Assembly: GCA_038247415.1 (NCBI GenBank)
Contig: JBBRUX010000045.1
Span: 1 to 31,247 of the forward strand
DNA from: Chitinivibrionales bacterium
GTDB lineage: Bacteria > Fibrobacterota > Chitinivibrionia > Chitinivibrionales > WJKA01
Length of the DNA: 31,247 bases
Direction: 5' to 3'
Position numbers and translations under genes: made by a program. Shown in pieces: positions 9,230 to 18,722 of the stretch (the stretch's first letter is position 1; each line of letters begins with the position of its first letter). The notes below the pieces were generated by a model. That model searched no databases. It was not told where the DNA came from and was given only the letters and a program-made list of their open reading frames with translations.

Positions 9230-10399
9230 TTATAATCCAGTTTTGATTGTGAAGTAAAATAGTTTTTCCGAAGACTCCCCATCCCAGGTATACCCGCTGA
9301 ATATCTTGATAAAGTACTGCCCTGGCACCAGATACTTCTTATAGCGCAAACTCCCTTGTCCGTCGTCATTGGCACTGCCTAGCCCGACAAGCTCCTTATC
9401 AAACAAATACATCTGGAAACTTGGTAGTTTCGAAGAGATTGAATCAACCGAAAATCGAATAGTATCCGCCTGTCCAACAGTAAATTTGAAAAAGTCAATA
9501 TCTGCGACAGGAAACATCGTAGCTTTCATTGTATCACCAAGTGCAGCTTGGTAGGCATGCGCAGTATCGTCGTTCCATTCTGTAGGATCAGTTGTGTCCT
9601 TTGAGACCGAAAATTTGTATCGTAGTTCTGAGGATGCATCACCATATACATCATAGATTTGAAAGTAGTACGTTCCCTTCTTCAGGGAATACCCAAAGAT
9701 ATTCGATACGCCCGAAGTAATGTATTTATAGTCAATTTGTGTGCCCTCAAAATCAAGCAAGTCAATCTGCGCATTGAAATTCGGTTTCATTGAAAAAGAG
9801 TCGAGCGTGGCTCTTACTATTTGATTGGAATCAAGTGTCAAACGATAGAAGTCATAATCAGACGTTGGGAAAATTGAACCCCGGTATGTTGGGCCAAGCT
9901 TCATTACGGTTGCGTTAGCTGTATCGTTATTCCACTCTAATGTGTCAAAACTATCCATTGATGCGGTTACGGTGAATTCTTGCGCAGATACGGCATAATT
10001 TTCGGACTCGACTTTAATGAAGTATTGTCCAGCTTTGACCAGGCAAGGAAGACGAAGCATATCCACGGTGCGATTATAGGTCATTGCTGTAATATTTTTC
10101 AACCGAACATCATCGGTACTGAGTAGACTGAGGACAAGAGATATGGCCGGCATATTTCTAACAACAATATTAAGCACTCCACCTTTTGGAACCGAGATAT
10201 GGTAAAAATCAACATCATTTTCAGGGCTGATCTTCATCTTTGCAAATTAACCCAGTGTCAACTCTGTTGCGGTCGAAATGTTGTCATTTCCATCAGGTTT
10301 GATCGTGTTGGAACCACCACCATCTGTATTCACAATTGCACTACAAGAAAACATGAATAATGTAGCTATGGAAGCAATGAAACTCTTTACAGAACGCAT
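9230..10399 (-). pseudogene. Lipoprotein with three tandem PPC (pre-peptidase C-terminal)-like repeats, interrupted by one in-frame TAA at 10247-10249
   Basis: Track ORFs 10247..10447 and 9230..10237 are in the same frame, 3 codons apart. Lipobox-like LFMFSC after ATG 10399. Repeat 1 NDNISTATELTLG*FAKMKISPENDVDFY aligns without gaps to NNDTANATVMKLGPTYRGSIFPTSDYDFY and NDDTAHAYQAALGDTMKATMFPVADIDFF. Confidence 0.85.
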
Positions 10400-10546
10400 G
10401 TATCCACCTTCAATAATGGGTAATAGGGATATGAAAGGCACCAGCATTTAGCACGAATTTCAGTATTTCGAGTGTAAATAGGTTTATTAGAACATAGTTT
10501 CGAATATTGTTTACAAAAAATAGTTTCACCACGTTTAATGCTTGAG

Positions 10547-10584
10547 AAAAAAAAGCGCTGCTCGTATGATACCGGCAGCGCTTT
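10547..10584 (-). terminator. Intrinsic terminator of the dehydrogenase operon
   Basis: 10-bp inverted repeat AAAGCGCTGC/GCAGCGCTTT with a T8 tract on the minus strand, 27 nt after the E1 stop. Confidence 0.88.
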
Positions 10585-10611
10585 AATTCCAAAACGATAC
10601 ATGCGAATCTA

Positions 10612-13080
10612 TTAGATTCCCAATTTGCTCCGTCTGAGCGTTTCTACTTCAGTATAATTATTCTTGACCTTATGATTAGCCAGGGGAATAATCTTTTCTG
10701 AAATAGCATCCAGAATCCAGTCGGGCTGAGGGAAGAAATCCTTTTCGAGCTCGTACGCTGGAGTAATCCAGTTTCGAGATCCCACAACAACAGGAGGCGC
10801 ATCGAGATAATCGAACGCAAGCTCAGAAATATTTTGAGCAACGTCATTAAGATACGAACCACGTTGACATGCATCGCTGGCCAAAAGAACCTTTCCGGTC
10901 TTCTTGACAGATTCGATAATCGGGCCGTAATTAAGAGGCGACAGCGAACGAAGATCGATAAGCTCAGCTTCCAATCCATAGGTTGCCTTGAGCGTTTTTG
11001 CAGCTTCAAGCGCAACATACAGCGTTGAACCAATTGTGATAATAGTAATATCTTTTCCAACTTTTTTAATATCGGGTTCACCAATAGGAATTTCGTACAT
11101 TCCTTCTGGCACACCACCTTCATGAAATATTTCTCCAATATCGTAAAGTCTCTGAGATTCAAAGAATATGACAGGATCGGTCCCAAGCAATGCAGAGTGC
11201 ATAAGACCCTTTGCATCGTAGGGCGTTACAGGAAAAACAACCTTAAGCCCGGGAATATGAGTACATAAGCTCGACCAATCTTGCGAATGCTGCGCACCAT
11301 ATTTCGAACCAACCGAAACGCGTACAATTACGGGCATTTTAAGGACACCCGCACTCATCGATTGCCACTTAGACAACTGATTAAAAACTTCGTCTCCAGC
11401 ACGGCCTAAGAAATCGCAGTACATGAGCTCTGCTATTACACGACCGCCACATAAACCATATCCTACTGCCGAACCAATAATTGCAGCTTCGGAGATGGGT
11501 GAATTAAATACACGATGATACGGCATCGCCTCGGTAAGACCTCGGTATACCGCAAATGCCCCACCCCAATCACGATTTTCTTCGCCATAAGCAACAAGCG
11601 TTGGATCGGTATAAAAGCCATGAATAATTGCTTCGAAAACCGCATCGCGAAATTGGATCGCTTTTCCTTTTGCCAATTCTTTACCATTTTCGTCAACTCC
11701 GTTGCGACTGCGCTTAGCTAATTGCTTAACCCGAGGATTATCTGCAAGAGGCATAAGACTTTCGATGGGTCGATCGTCCAGCTTTTCGATTTTCTGATTG
11801 CTGAACATATACTTGGCAATTGCATCGGGGTCTTTGCTGCAATCGAGTAAAGGAGATACCGTAACATCAATGGCTTTTTTAAGCGTCTTTTCGATGAGGC
11901 CAATAATAGTAGAACGCACCGCAGCCAATTCGCTTTCGGTACAAACTTTATGAGAGATTAAGTTCTCACCAAATTGTTTGATTGAATCTTCATTTTCCCA
12001 TGCTGCAATTTCTTCCTTCTCGCGATACGAAGATGCATCTGAAGGAGAATGTCCTGAAATGCGATACGTAAGAGTGTCAAGCATCACAGGGCCCTTTTTG
12101 TCAGCAAGCACTTTTTTCTTGCGACGGTATGCATCAATAACTGCAAGCGGATTGTATCCATCGATACGTTCGGTATGCATTTGATCGGCATTTACACCTG
12201 CGCCAACGCGCGCAAGCATATCGTATCCCATGGTTTCACCGCAAGTCTGGCCACCCATTCCATACTGGTTATTCATAAAATTGAAAATCAGCGGCAAACC
12301 ACCTTTGTGTGCACCTTCCCACAGTAAACGATACTGATCCATGCTCGCCATCATCATTGCTTCCCAAACAGGTCCGCAACCCATAGAAGCATCGCCAATA
12401 TTACACACCACAATGCCATTTTTGAAATTGCACTTTTTGTAAAGGGCTGCTCCCACAGAAATATCGGCAGATCCACCTACAATTGCATTATTAGGATAAA
12501 TACCAAAAGGTGTAAAAAATGCATGCATCGATCCGCCCAGGCCTTTATTAAACCCTGTTGATCGGGCAAAAATTTCGGCGAGAGCACCATACAAGAGGAA
12601 GTCTGTTGCGAGGTCTTTAACCGAACCGCTCTGATTCTTTTCTACCACTTTAAGAGTGGATCCGCCAAAGAAATTCTTCATGATAGACATGAGGTTGTCG
12701 TCGCTTGATTTTTGAATTGCGCTTAAGCCTTTTGCAAGAATCTCGCCATGACTACGATGCGAGCCAAAAATAAAATCGTCGATATCGAGCACATAGGCCT
12801 GGCCAACACTCGACGCTTCTTGACCTATTGACAAGTGAGCAGGACCCGGATGATCGTATTTGATACCATTATATTCGCTTGCGATTTTAATTTGATTAAG
12901 CATAGTTTCGAATTCACGTATCATCGCCATATCATGATAAATACGAACAAGCTCTTCTTTAGAAAAATTCTTAACTTCATCGGCAAATGGAGTAGCATAT
13001 TGATTGACTGCAATGTCGGACATCTTGATTTTTCCGGCTTTGCGAACTTTTTTTGGATCGATAAACTGGGACTTAGGCAT
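10612..13080 (-). CDS. ThDP-dependent 2-oxoacid/acetoin dehydrogenase E1, fused alpha+beta (substrate unknown)
   Basis: E1alpha motifs HLSIGQEA, SHRSHG, GGSMH, ThDP motif GDA..NNQYG, YRISGHS. E1beta motifs NSPISEAAIIG, ELMYCDF, GAQHSQ, IPGLKVVFP, ELIDLRSLSP. Confidence 0.93.
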   Translation of the reverse strand: MPKSQFIDPKKVRKAGKIKMSDIAVNQYATPFADEVKNFSKEELVRIYHDMAMIREFETMLNQIKIASEYNGIKYDHPGPAHLSIGQEASSVGQAYVLDIDDFIFGSHRSHGEILAKGLSAIQKSSDDNLMSIMKNFFGGSTLKVVEKNQSGSVKDLATDFLLYGALAEIFARSTGFNKGLGGSMHAFFTPFGIYPNNAIVGGSADISVGAALYKKCNFKNGIVVCNIGDASMGCGPVWEAMMMASMDQYRLLWEGAHKGGLPLIFNFMNNQYGMGGQTCGETMGYDMLARVGAGVNADQMHTERIDGYNPLAVIDAYRRKKKVLADKKGPVMLDTLTYRISGHSPSDASSYREKEEIAAWENEDSIKQFGENLISHKVCTESELAAVRSTIIGLIEKTLKKAIDVTVSPLLDCSKDPDAIAKYMFSNQKIEKLDDRPIESLMPLADNPRVKQLAKRSRNGVDENGKELAKGKAIQFRDAVFEAIIHGFYTDPTLVAYGEENRDWGGAFAVYRGLTEAMPYHRVFNSPISEAAIIGSAVGYGLCGGRVIAELMYCDFLGRAGDEVFNQLSKWQSMSAGVLKMPVIVRVSVGSKYGAQHSQDWSSLCTHIPGLKVVFPVTPYDAKGLMHSALLGTDPVIFFESQRLYDIGEIFHEGGVPEGMYEIPIGEPDIKKVGKDITIITIGSTLYVALEAAKTLKATYGLEAELIDLRSLSPLNYGPIIESVKKTGKVLLASDACQRGSYLNDVAQNISELAFDYLDAPPVVVGSRNWITPAYELEKDFFPQPDWILDAISEKIIPLANHKVKNNYTEVETLRRSKLGI

Positions 13081-13102
13081 GAGAAAAACTCCAATCGTTT
13101 AA

Positions 13103-14458
13103 TTAATGTGTAATACTCAACAAAGTATCTTTGATAATTTCTGAAACTGTGGGATGCGGAAAAACAATCTCCTTAATATCATCAACACGCAACTCTTGCT
13201 CAATCATGATTGCAGCTCCATAAATCATTTCGGAACATGCAGAACCTATTATATGAACTCCAAGTATCGTTCCATATTCTTTGTCAACTATAACCTTACA
13301 AATTCCTCGCCCGGCATCGGTTTCGGCCAGATATCGACCATTAAAACTAAGGGGTAGCTTTCCGCAGATTACGCTTTTTCCCTGCTTTTCTGCTTCTTCT
13401 TTGGTAAGTCCTACACTTGCAACTTCAGGGTGAGTATAAATGACACCCGGTATGGCATTGTAACGCATTCTGTCTGATTTACCTAAAATATCATTAATGC
13501 ACACTTCACCTTCGCGATACGCAGTATGAGCAAGCATCGATTTCCCGTTGACATCTCCGGCAGCCCACACCCCCGGGATATTAGTGCGTCCTTGCTCGTT
13601 TGTTACTACTGCTCCTCGTTCACAAAACACATTGAGCGACTCAAGCCCAAATCCTTTGGTAACAGCGCGTCGACCTACCGACAAGAGGACATATTCGGCA
13701 TCGACGGTTTGTGTTGCATTATCGAGTGTAAAGGTTACCGTATGATCGCCAATGCCCGTCACCTTAGCATTAAGCTTAAAGGTAACGCCCATCTTTTCCA
13801 TTTCTTTTTGTAAAATCCCTGCAATGTCACTATCAAGCATTCCTCCAATTGACGGCAGCATTTCTACAACGGTAACCTTAGCTCCTACTTCTGCAAAGAA
13901 CGTAGCAAGTTCGAGACCAATAACTCCCCCACCGATAACCACCATGGTTGCAGGGATTTTTGTAACAGAAAGCACTTCTTTGTTTGTCATAACAAAGGGC
14001 TGATCGGCACCAGGAATGGGTGGTCTGATTGCTTCGGAACCGGAACAAATAAGAAGCTTTGCACCCTCGTGTACGATATCGTGTGCCTTGACGCAAAACG
14101 CATCCCCTTTTTTGGGAAGAATTTCGCCCAGTGCACTAACAACCGTAACCCCATATTTTTTAAGCGTAGCAGCAATGCCTTTGCGCAACATTTCGATTAC
14201 TTTTTGCTTACGAGCCATGGCCACCGTAAGATCAAATGTGACATTTGATGCCGTAACGCCAAAGGCGGCTCCATGAAGAGCGTTACTATAATATTTGGCA
14301 CTATTGAGGATTGTTTTTGAAGGCACGCAACCTTCGTTTAAGCACACCCCACCAAGATGATTTTTCTCGATTAAGAGTGTTTTAAGCCCCGCTGCTCCGG
14401 CACGTTCTGCTGCCAAATAACCAGCTGGGCCCCCGCCAAGAATAATAAGATCAAACAT
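13103..14458 (-). CDS. lpdA: Dihydrolipoyl dehydrogenase (E3)
   Basis: GGGPAGY FAD motif, redox disulfide GGVCLNEGCVPSK, GGGVIGLE, C-terminal HPTVSE. Start reassigned to MFDLIIL (ATG 14458). Confidence 0.96.
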   Translation of the reverse strand: MFDLIILGGGPAGYLAAERAGAAGLKTLLIEKNHLGGVCLNEGCVPSKTILNSAKYYSNALHGAAFGVTASNVTFDLTVAMARKQKVIEMLRKGIAATLKKYGVTVVSALGEILPKKGDAFCVKAHDIVHEGAKLLICSGSEAIRPPIPGADQPFVMTNKEVLSVTKIPATMVVIGGGVIGLELATFFAEVGAKVTVVEMLPSIGGMLDSDIAGILQKEMEKMGVTFKLNAKVTGIGDHTVTFTLDNATQTVDAEYVLLSVGRRAVTKGFGLESLNVFCERGAVVTNEQGRTNIPGVWAAGDVNGKSMLAHTAYREGEVCINDILGKSDRMRYNAIPGVIYTHPEVASVGLTKEEAEKQGKSVICGKLPLSFNGRYLAETDAGRGICKVIVDKEYGTILGVHIIGSACSEMIYGAAIMIEQELRVDDIKEIVFPHPTVSEIIKDTLLSITH

Positions 14459-14526
14459 ATTTAAGCGTTTACCTTTGCTACAGTAATGGTGAATAATGCA
14501 CCGCACGTGCATCATTAAAGCTCAAA

Positions 14527-15867
14527 TCATCGTGCCAAAGACAAGCCGATATTTTCTATTTCACTTACCAATGCCTTAAGAAAGCGCGCTGCTGGAGCCC
14601 CGTCAAGTGCACGGTGGTCGATCGTGAGCGATAAGCTGATATGTTGACGCATTTCGAAAGTGCCATCTTTTTTAGCAACCGGTTTATACGCCATGGCTCC
14701 AACGCCAAGTATTGCAACCTGAGGAACATTAATAATAGGCGTAAAGCTTTCTATACCAAATGCTCCCAAATTCGACAGCGTTATGGTTCCACCACCTAGA
14801 AGGTCTGGGTTTATAGATCCTTCGCGGCACGACAAAGCCAACACCCGTATAGCTTTGCTCAGTTCATTAAGTGACAGACAATCAGCATAGCGAACAACAG
14901 GAACCATCAATCCGCGGGGAGTATCAACCGCTATCGCAATATTGACATGAGAATACTGACGAATTGTGGAACCCTCTATCGTTGCATTAACTTCAGGGAA
15001 TCTGGTGAGAGTTCGTGCCAGTGCAAAAGACAAAAGATCGCCGATAGTGATATCTTCGAGGCCAAGGTCTTTTGCTTGACTCTTTACCATTGCGCGATAC
15101 GCTAACAAACCTGTTGCATCTGCGGAAGCGGTCATGGTAAGCTGGGCACCCTTAGCCAGCGAGTCCATCATGCGAGAAGCAATAATTGTCCTCATTTTAT
15201 TCATGGGGATTTCGGTGTATTCGGCATCGGAACTCATTTGAGGTAGAGGTGCGCCGCCTGCAGCAACGAGATCTGCAGCAGTAATTCTACCAGCAGCGCC
15301 GCTTCCCCTTGACGGTGCAACAAGACCCGTAGCCAAAGATTTTGCCACAGCAGACGATGTCATGTGTGCTGGTGCAGAAAGCACATCACGCTCAATAATT
15401 CTTCCATGGGGGCCAGTTCCAGCAATACATGCTACATCAACACCTTTTTCGGTGGCTTTGTTGCGTGCACGAGGAGATATTCCATGAGCTCCTGCTTGCG
15501 AAGCATCTGAAGCGGATTGCTTGACAATAGCGGCTGATGCTACAATAACTGGGGTTGCATCCTTGGAAGTAGGAGCTCCACTGGCTATTGATTGTCCACC
15601 TTGGGGTGCAAAAGATGCGCTCTCTTCGCCTGCCGCACCAATAACACCAACATTTGTCAATACGGGAACATCTTCTCCTGCGGAAAAGAAAACATCAAGC
15701 ACTACCCCGGCAACGGTTGCTTCACATTCAAAAGATGCTTTATCGGTCTCATAGCTAAAAAGGACCTCACCAACTTTAACGGTATCGCCTTTTTTCTTGA
15801 GCCATTCGTTTATAACACAAGACTCAACCGACTGCCCTTGACGCGGCATTACAACCGGAGTTGCCAT
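14527..15867 (-). CDS. Dihydrolipoamide acyltransferase (E2)
   Basis: Lipoyl domain YETDKAS; subunit-binding motif ISPRAR..GTGPHGRIIERDV; catalytic DHRALDGA. Confidence 0.95.
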   Translation of the reverse strand: MATPVVMPRQGQSVESCVINEWLKKKGDTVKVGEVLFSYETDKASFECEATVAGVVLDVFFSAGEDVPVLTNVGVIGAAGEESASFAPQGGQSIASGAPTSKDATPVIVASAAIVKQSASDASQAGAHGISPRARNKATEKGVDVACIAGTGPHGRIIERDVLSAPAHMTSSAVAKSLATGLVAPSRGSGAAGRITAADLVAAGGAPLPQMSSDAEYTEIPMNKMRTIIASRMMDSLAKGAQLTMTASADATGLLAYRAMVKSQAKDLGLEDITIGDLLSFALARTLTRFPEVNATIEGSTIRQYSHVNIAIAVDTPRGLMVPVVRYADCLSLNELSKAIRVLALSCREGSINPDLLGGGTITLSNLGAFGIESFTPIINVPQVAILGVGAMAYKPVAKKDGTFEMRQHISLSLTIDHRALDGAPAARFLKALVSEIENIGLSLAR

Positions 15868-15980
15868 GGATTCCCCTTTAGATTAAAATTGATGATAAAA
15901 AAAGCACTATATTTTTTAAAAATTCCAAATAAAGCATTCTAATAATATATACTATTGCCTGCATTATTTCAACCAATTCG

Positions 15981-16108
15981 TGCGCATTCTTGCGCATTCT
16001 CACAGTTTAATGATCAAACGAGACCTAGATTTGATTAGAACTGCGCATTCGTTTTTTCGAAATCGAAATTCTTACGCATATTCCCAAGAAGGCAGCCGGC
16101 TCGCATTC
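15981..16108. promoter_or_regulatory. Direct repeats TGCGCATTC in divergent promoter region (candidate operator)
   Basis: TGCGCATTCT tandem at 15981 and 15991, TGCGCATTC at 16042, degenerate TACGCATATT at 16073 and CTCGCATTC at 16100. Confidence 0.5.
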
Positions 16109-16206
16109 GATAGCCGCCTAATACACTATGTATATTAAATTTTAAATAGTAGTACGCGCACGACATAAAAAAAGAGCGTTGCACACTCTCAAAGAATCAA
16201 AAAATT

Positions 16207-18045
16207 ATGAATCCTTTGGCTCAACAAACGCCATTAGCCCCACTTCACCCTGTTGTGCGTTTGGGTCGGTCTATCGAAAACACAATCGCTTTTTTAGCAC
16301 TCGTGCTTATAGCCCTCCTGCCAACCATTGAGGTAATCGCTCGATTTTTTAAAACAGGCATTCATGGATCAACCGAATATGTTGAGCATCTTGTGATTAT
16401 TATCGCCTTTGTTGGAGCAATGATAACATCGCGAGAAAATAGGCACCTCTCGTTTTCGGCAGGCATAGAGCGCATTAAACCTCCGCTTCAAAATTATTTA
16501 AAAAGCATAACAGCGCTCATATCAAATTTTGTTATTTCGCTTTTGGCATTTGCTTCGTACGAATTTATTCAGACAGCCTTTTCCGCAACCGACAAAATAG
16601 TGGACATACCAGCACGCCTTTTAGTTGCGGTTATTCCCATTGGACTTGCATTTGCTTTACTACGGAATATTACCAATGCACCCCTTGGTTTTATTCACAA
16701 AGCATTCGCAACCTGTGGTGTTATAAGTGCTGCGTGCACGCCCTTACTGCCACTAGCGATTCTTCCGCTCCTTGTTTGGCCAAGTATCATTATCCTGTGT
16801 AGTATCATGTTTTTAGGTGCACCGGTCTTTGTTGTTCTGGGTGGGTTTTCTCTGCTCTTTTTTGCCACCACAGGAGGATCAATTGCAGTCATACCCAACG
16901 AAGCCTACACACTCCTTACTGGCCCTTCTATTCCTGCAATTCCCCTCTTTACGTTAGGTGGATTCATTCTCTCTGCCAGCAAAGCAGGCGAGCGGCTTGT
17001 GCGACTTTTTAAAGCCACATTTGGTTGGATGCCGGGCGGTTTGGCCATTGCAACAATTCTTATCTGTACATTTTTCACATCCCTCACGGGAGCTTCTGGC
17101 GTTACGATTTTAGCGCTTGGCGGAATTTTATCGTTTGTTCTTTTGCAAAGTGGGTATGCCAAAAAGTTTACACATGGTCTCATTACCGTAAGTGGTATTG
17201 GAACGCTTTTTCCCCCGAGCCTTCCACTTATTATGTATGGTGTCATTGCCCATATCAATATACAGCACCTTTTCATTGGGGCTAGCATCCCCGGACTTTT
17301 TCTTGTTGCAATACTCTCGCTCTTTGTAGTATTTAACGCAAAGAAAGCATCGATTCCAACGATCCAATTTAACAGAAAAGAACTCTTTTCCTCAATAATC
17401 GAATCGATCTGGGAAATTATTCTCCCCTTTTTAATACTGTTCCTCTTTTTCTCTGGAATATGTACTCTCGTAGAAACGGGATCAATAACTGTTGTGTATT
17501 TGCTTATTGTAGAAATTTTTATAAAAAGAGATATTGCCTTTAAAGCCCTTCCCAAGGCATGCCTTGAAGCAATGCCAGTGCTTGGAGGAATTTTAATAGT
17601 TTTAGCAATTGCTATGGGGCTTTCATATGCAATTGTAGATGCGGGAATTCCTGAGCAGCTTTCTGCGTGGCTTTTAGAGCGAATTCATTCAAAACTTCTA
17701 TTCTTGCTTATTCTCAATATTGTTCTTCTTATTGCAGCAAGCGTTATGGACGTTTTTGGGGCAATAATTGTAATTGTCCCCTTAATTATTCCTCTTGGTA
17801 TAGCCTATGGCATTGACCCTATCCATTTAGGAATTATTTTTCTGGCTAATTTAGAATTGGGCTACCTAACGCCGCCGCTGGGCCTCAATTTGTTTTTATC
17901 CTCTTTCCGATTCGATCAACCTTTCTTATCGATATGCAAATCGATTATTCCTTTTTTCTTAGTTTTGTTTGGTGGCGTGCTTATCATTTCCTATGTTCCG
18001 GGTTTAAGCCTTTGGATTTTTGATGTGCTGAAAATTGCTCGATGA
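16207..18045 (+). CDS. TRAP transporter fused small+large permease (DctQ-DctM type)
   Basis: 612 aa, very hydrophobic. N-terminal DctQ-like part (GAMITSRENRHL). DctM motifs AIPLFTLGGFIL, PGGLA, GTLFPPSLPLIMYG, GIDPIHLGI, GYLTPPLGLNLF. Confidence 0.92.
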   Translation: MNPLAQQTPLAPLHPVVRLGRSIENTIAFLALVLIALLPTIEVIARFFKTGIHGSTEYVEHLVIIIAFVGAMITSRENRHLSFSAGIERIKPPLQNYLKSITALISNFVISLLAFASYEFIQTAFSATDKIVDIPARLLVAVIPIGLAFALLRNITNAPLGFIHKAFATCGVISAACTPLLPLAILPLLVWPSIIILCSIMFLGAPVFVVLGGFSLLFFATTGGSIAVIPNEAYTLLTGPSIPAIPLFTLGGFILSASKAGERLVRLFKATFGWMPGGLAIATILICTFFTSLTGASGVTILALGGILSFVLLQSGYAKKFTHGLITVSGIGTLFPPSLPLIMYGVIAHINIQHLFIGASIPGLFLVAILSLFVVFNAKKASIPTIQFNRKELFSSIIESIWEIILPFLILFLFFSGICTLVETGSITVVYLLIVEIFIKRDIAFKALPKACLEAMPVLGGILIVLAIAMGLSYAIVDAGIPEQLSAWLLERIHSKLLFLLILNIVLLIAASVMDVFGAIIVIVPLIIPLGIAYGIDPIHLGIIFLANLELGYLTPPLGLNLFLSSFRFDQPFLSICKSIIPFFLVLFGGVLIISYVPGLSLWIFDVLKIAR

Positions 18046-18149
18046 AGAATCCTGTTAGCATCTGCAAACTAGTAGCCGCATCAAGGAATCGCTCCGTGCG
18101 ATAGTAACGAAATTATGAGGAAAATTAAAAATCGGCGCTATAATAATTA

Positions 18150-18212
18150 CTAGTTAGAATCGATATTGAGACGCACGTCTTCTAGCGACGAGCACAGCAC
18201 TATACCATTCAT
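18150..18212 (-). pseudogene. N-terminal remnant resembling AroQ-type chorismate mutase/isochorismate pyruvate lyase
   Basis: Strong RBS GAAGGAG, then MNGIVLCSSLEDVRLNIDSN*. This resembles the C.SL.EVR.NID start of CM_2 proteins. An in-frame IISLLS follows at 18116-18099 after stops. Very short match. Confidence 0.4.
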
Positions 18213-18271
18213 AAACCGACTCCTTCTCTGATAGTATCAAGAATTTCCAAACAAATTCAAAGGATTCCTTG

Positions 18272-18420
18272 TTACGGCAGATACGCTTCAATAGCCCCAA
18301 CAGAATTTCCGTTGTTATCAATTCCACCAACAACATAAATTTGACCATTGTACGTTGCAACGCCAACGTAGGAGCGTGGAATAGCAAGGGAGGCACCGGT
18401 TTGAGCAATGCCAAATCCAT
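18272..18420 (-). pseudogene. C-terminal fragment of a kelch-repeat protein
   Basis: TGASLAIPRSYVGVATYNGQIYVVGGIDNNGNSVGAIEAYLP* is one canonical kelch repeat (PR, IYVVGG, E.Y). The upstream part of the track ORF shows no further repeats. Confidence 0.7.
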
Positions 18421-18722
18421 CTTTGCTCGAAACTGTTCGGGATATTTTTTGACCACCGAGAGAATCTTTAAACCATTCAAGCGAGATAATTGTTCGGCAA
18501 AGATTACGAAAGTGCACTACAACTCTCGTGCTATCTCCGACCCCAGGAGAATCGAGGCGAGAAAACTCAAAATGCGTTGTTACCAGATCGGGAGATGCTA
18601 CAAAAATTGCCCCACTTGCAGACCCTTTGTCACTTTCGGCACCCGAAAAATCCAGAGCCTTTTTTGCAGAATTTGGAAGCTCTGCCGGAGAACCATCGTC
18701 CTGTAACACTGCTTCACGCCAC

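Noticed and set aside
10247..10249. Possible stop-codon reassignment or programmed readthrough
   Set aside because: TAA is the normal stop of many intact genes here (E1, lpdA, pal, tolB), and this is a single instance. A nonsense mutation or base error is simpler.
14496..14512. Small hairpin ATGCAC/GTGCAT between E2 and lpdA
   Set aside because: It has a short stem and no T tract. At most an intercistronic stability element, and not supportable as a feature.
15981..16108. CRISPR array or iteron-type replication origin
   Set aside because: The repeats are only 9-10 bp and irregularly spaced, with no cas or rep gene nearby.
16905..17555. 216-aa minus-strand ORF and other long antisense or alternate-frame ORFs (e.g. 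10644..11216, 24031..24501, 24164..24715, 29826..30230)
   Set aside because: They lie largely or wholly within well-supported genes and have no recognisable motifs.
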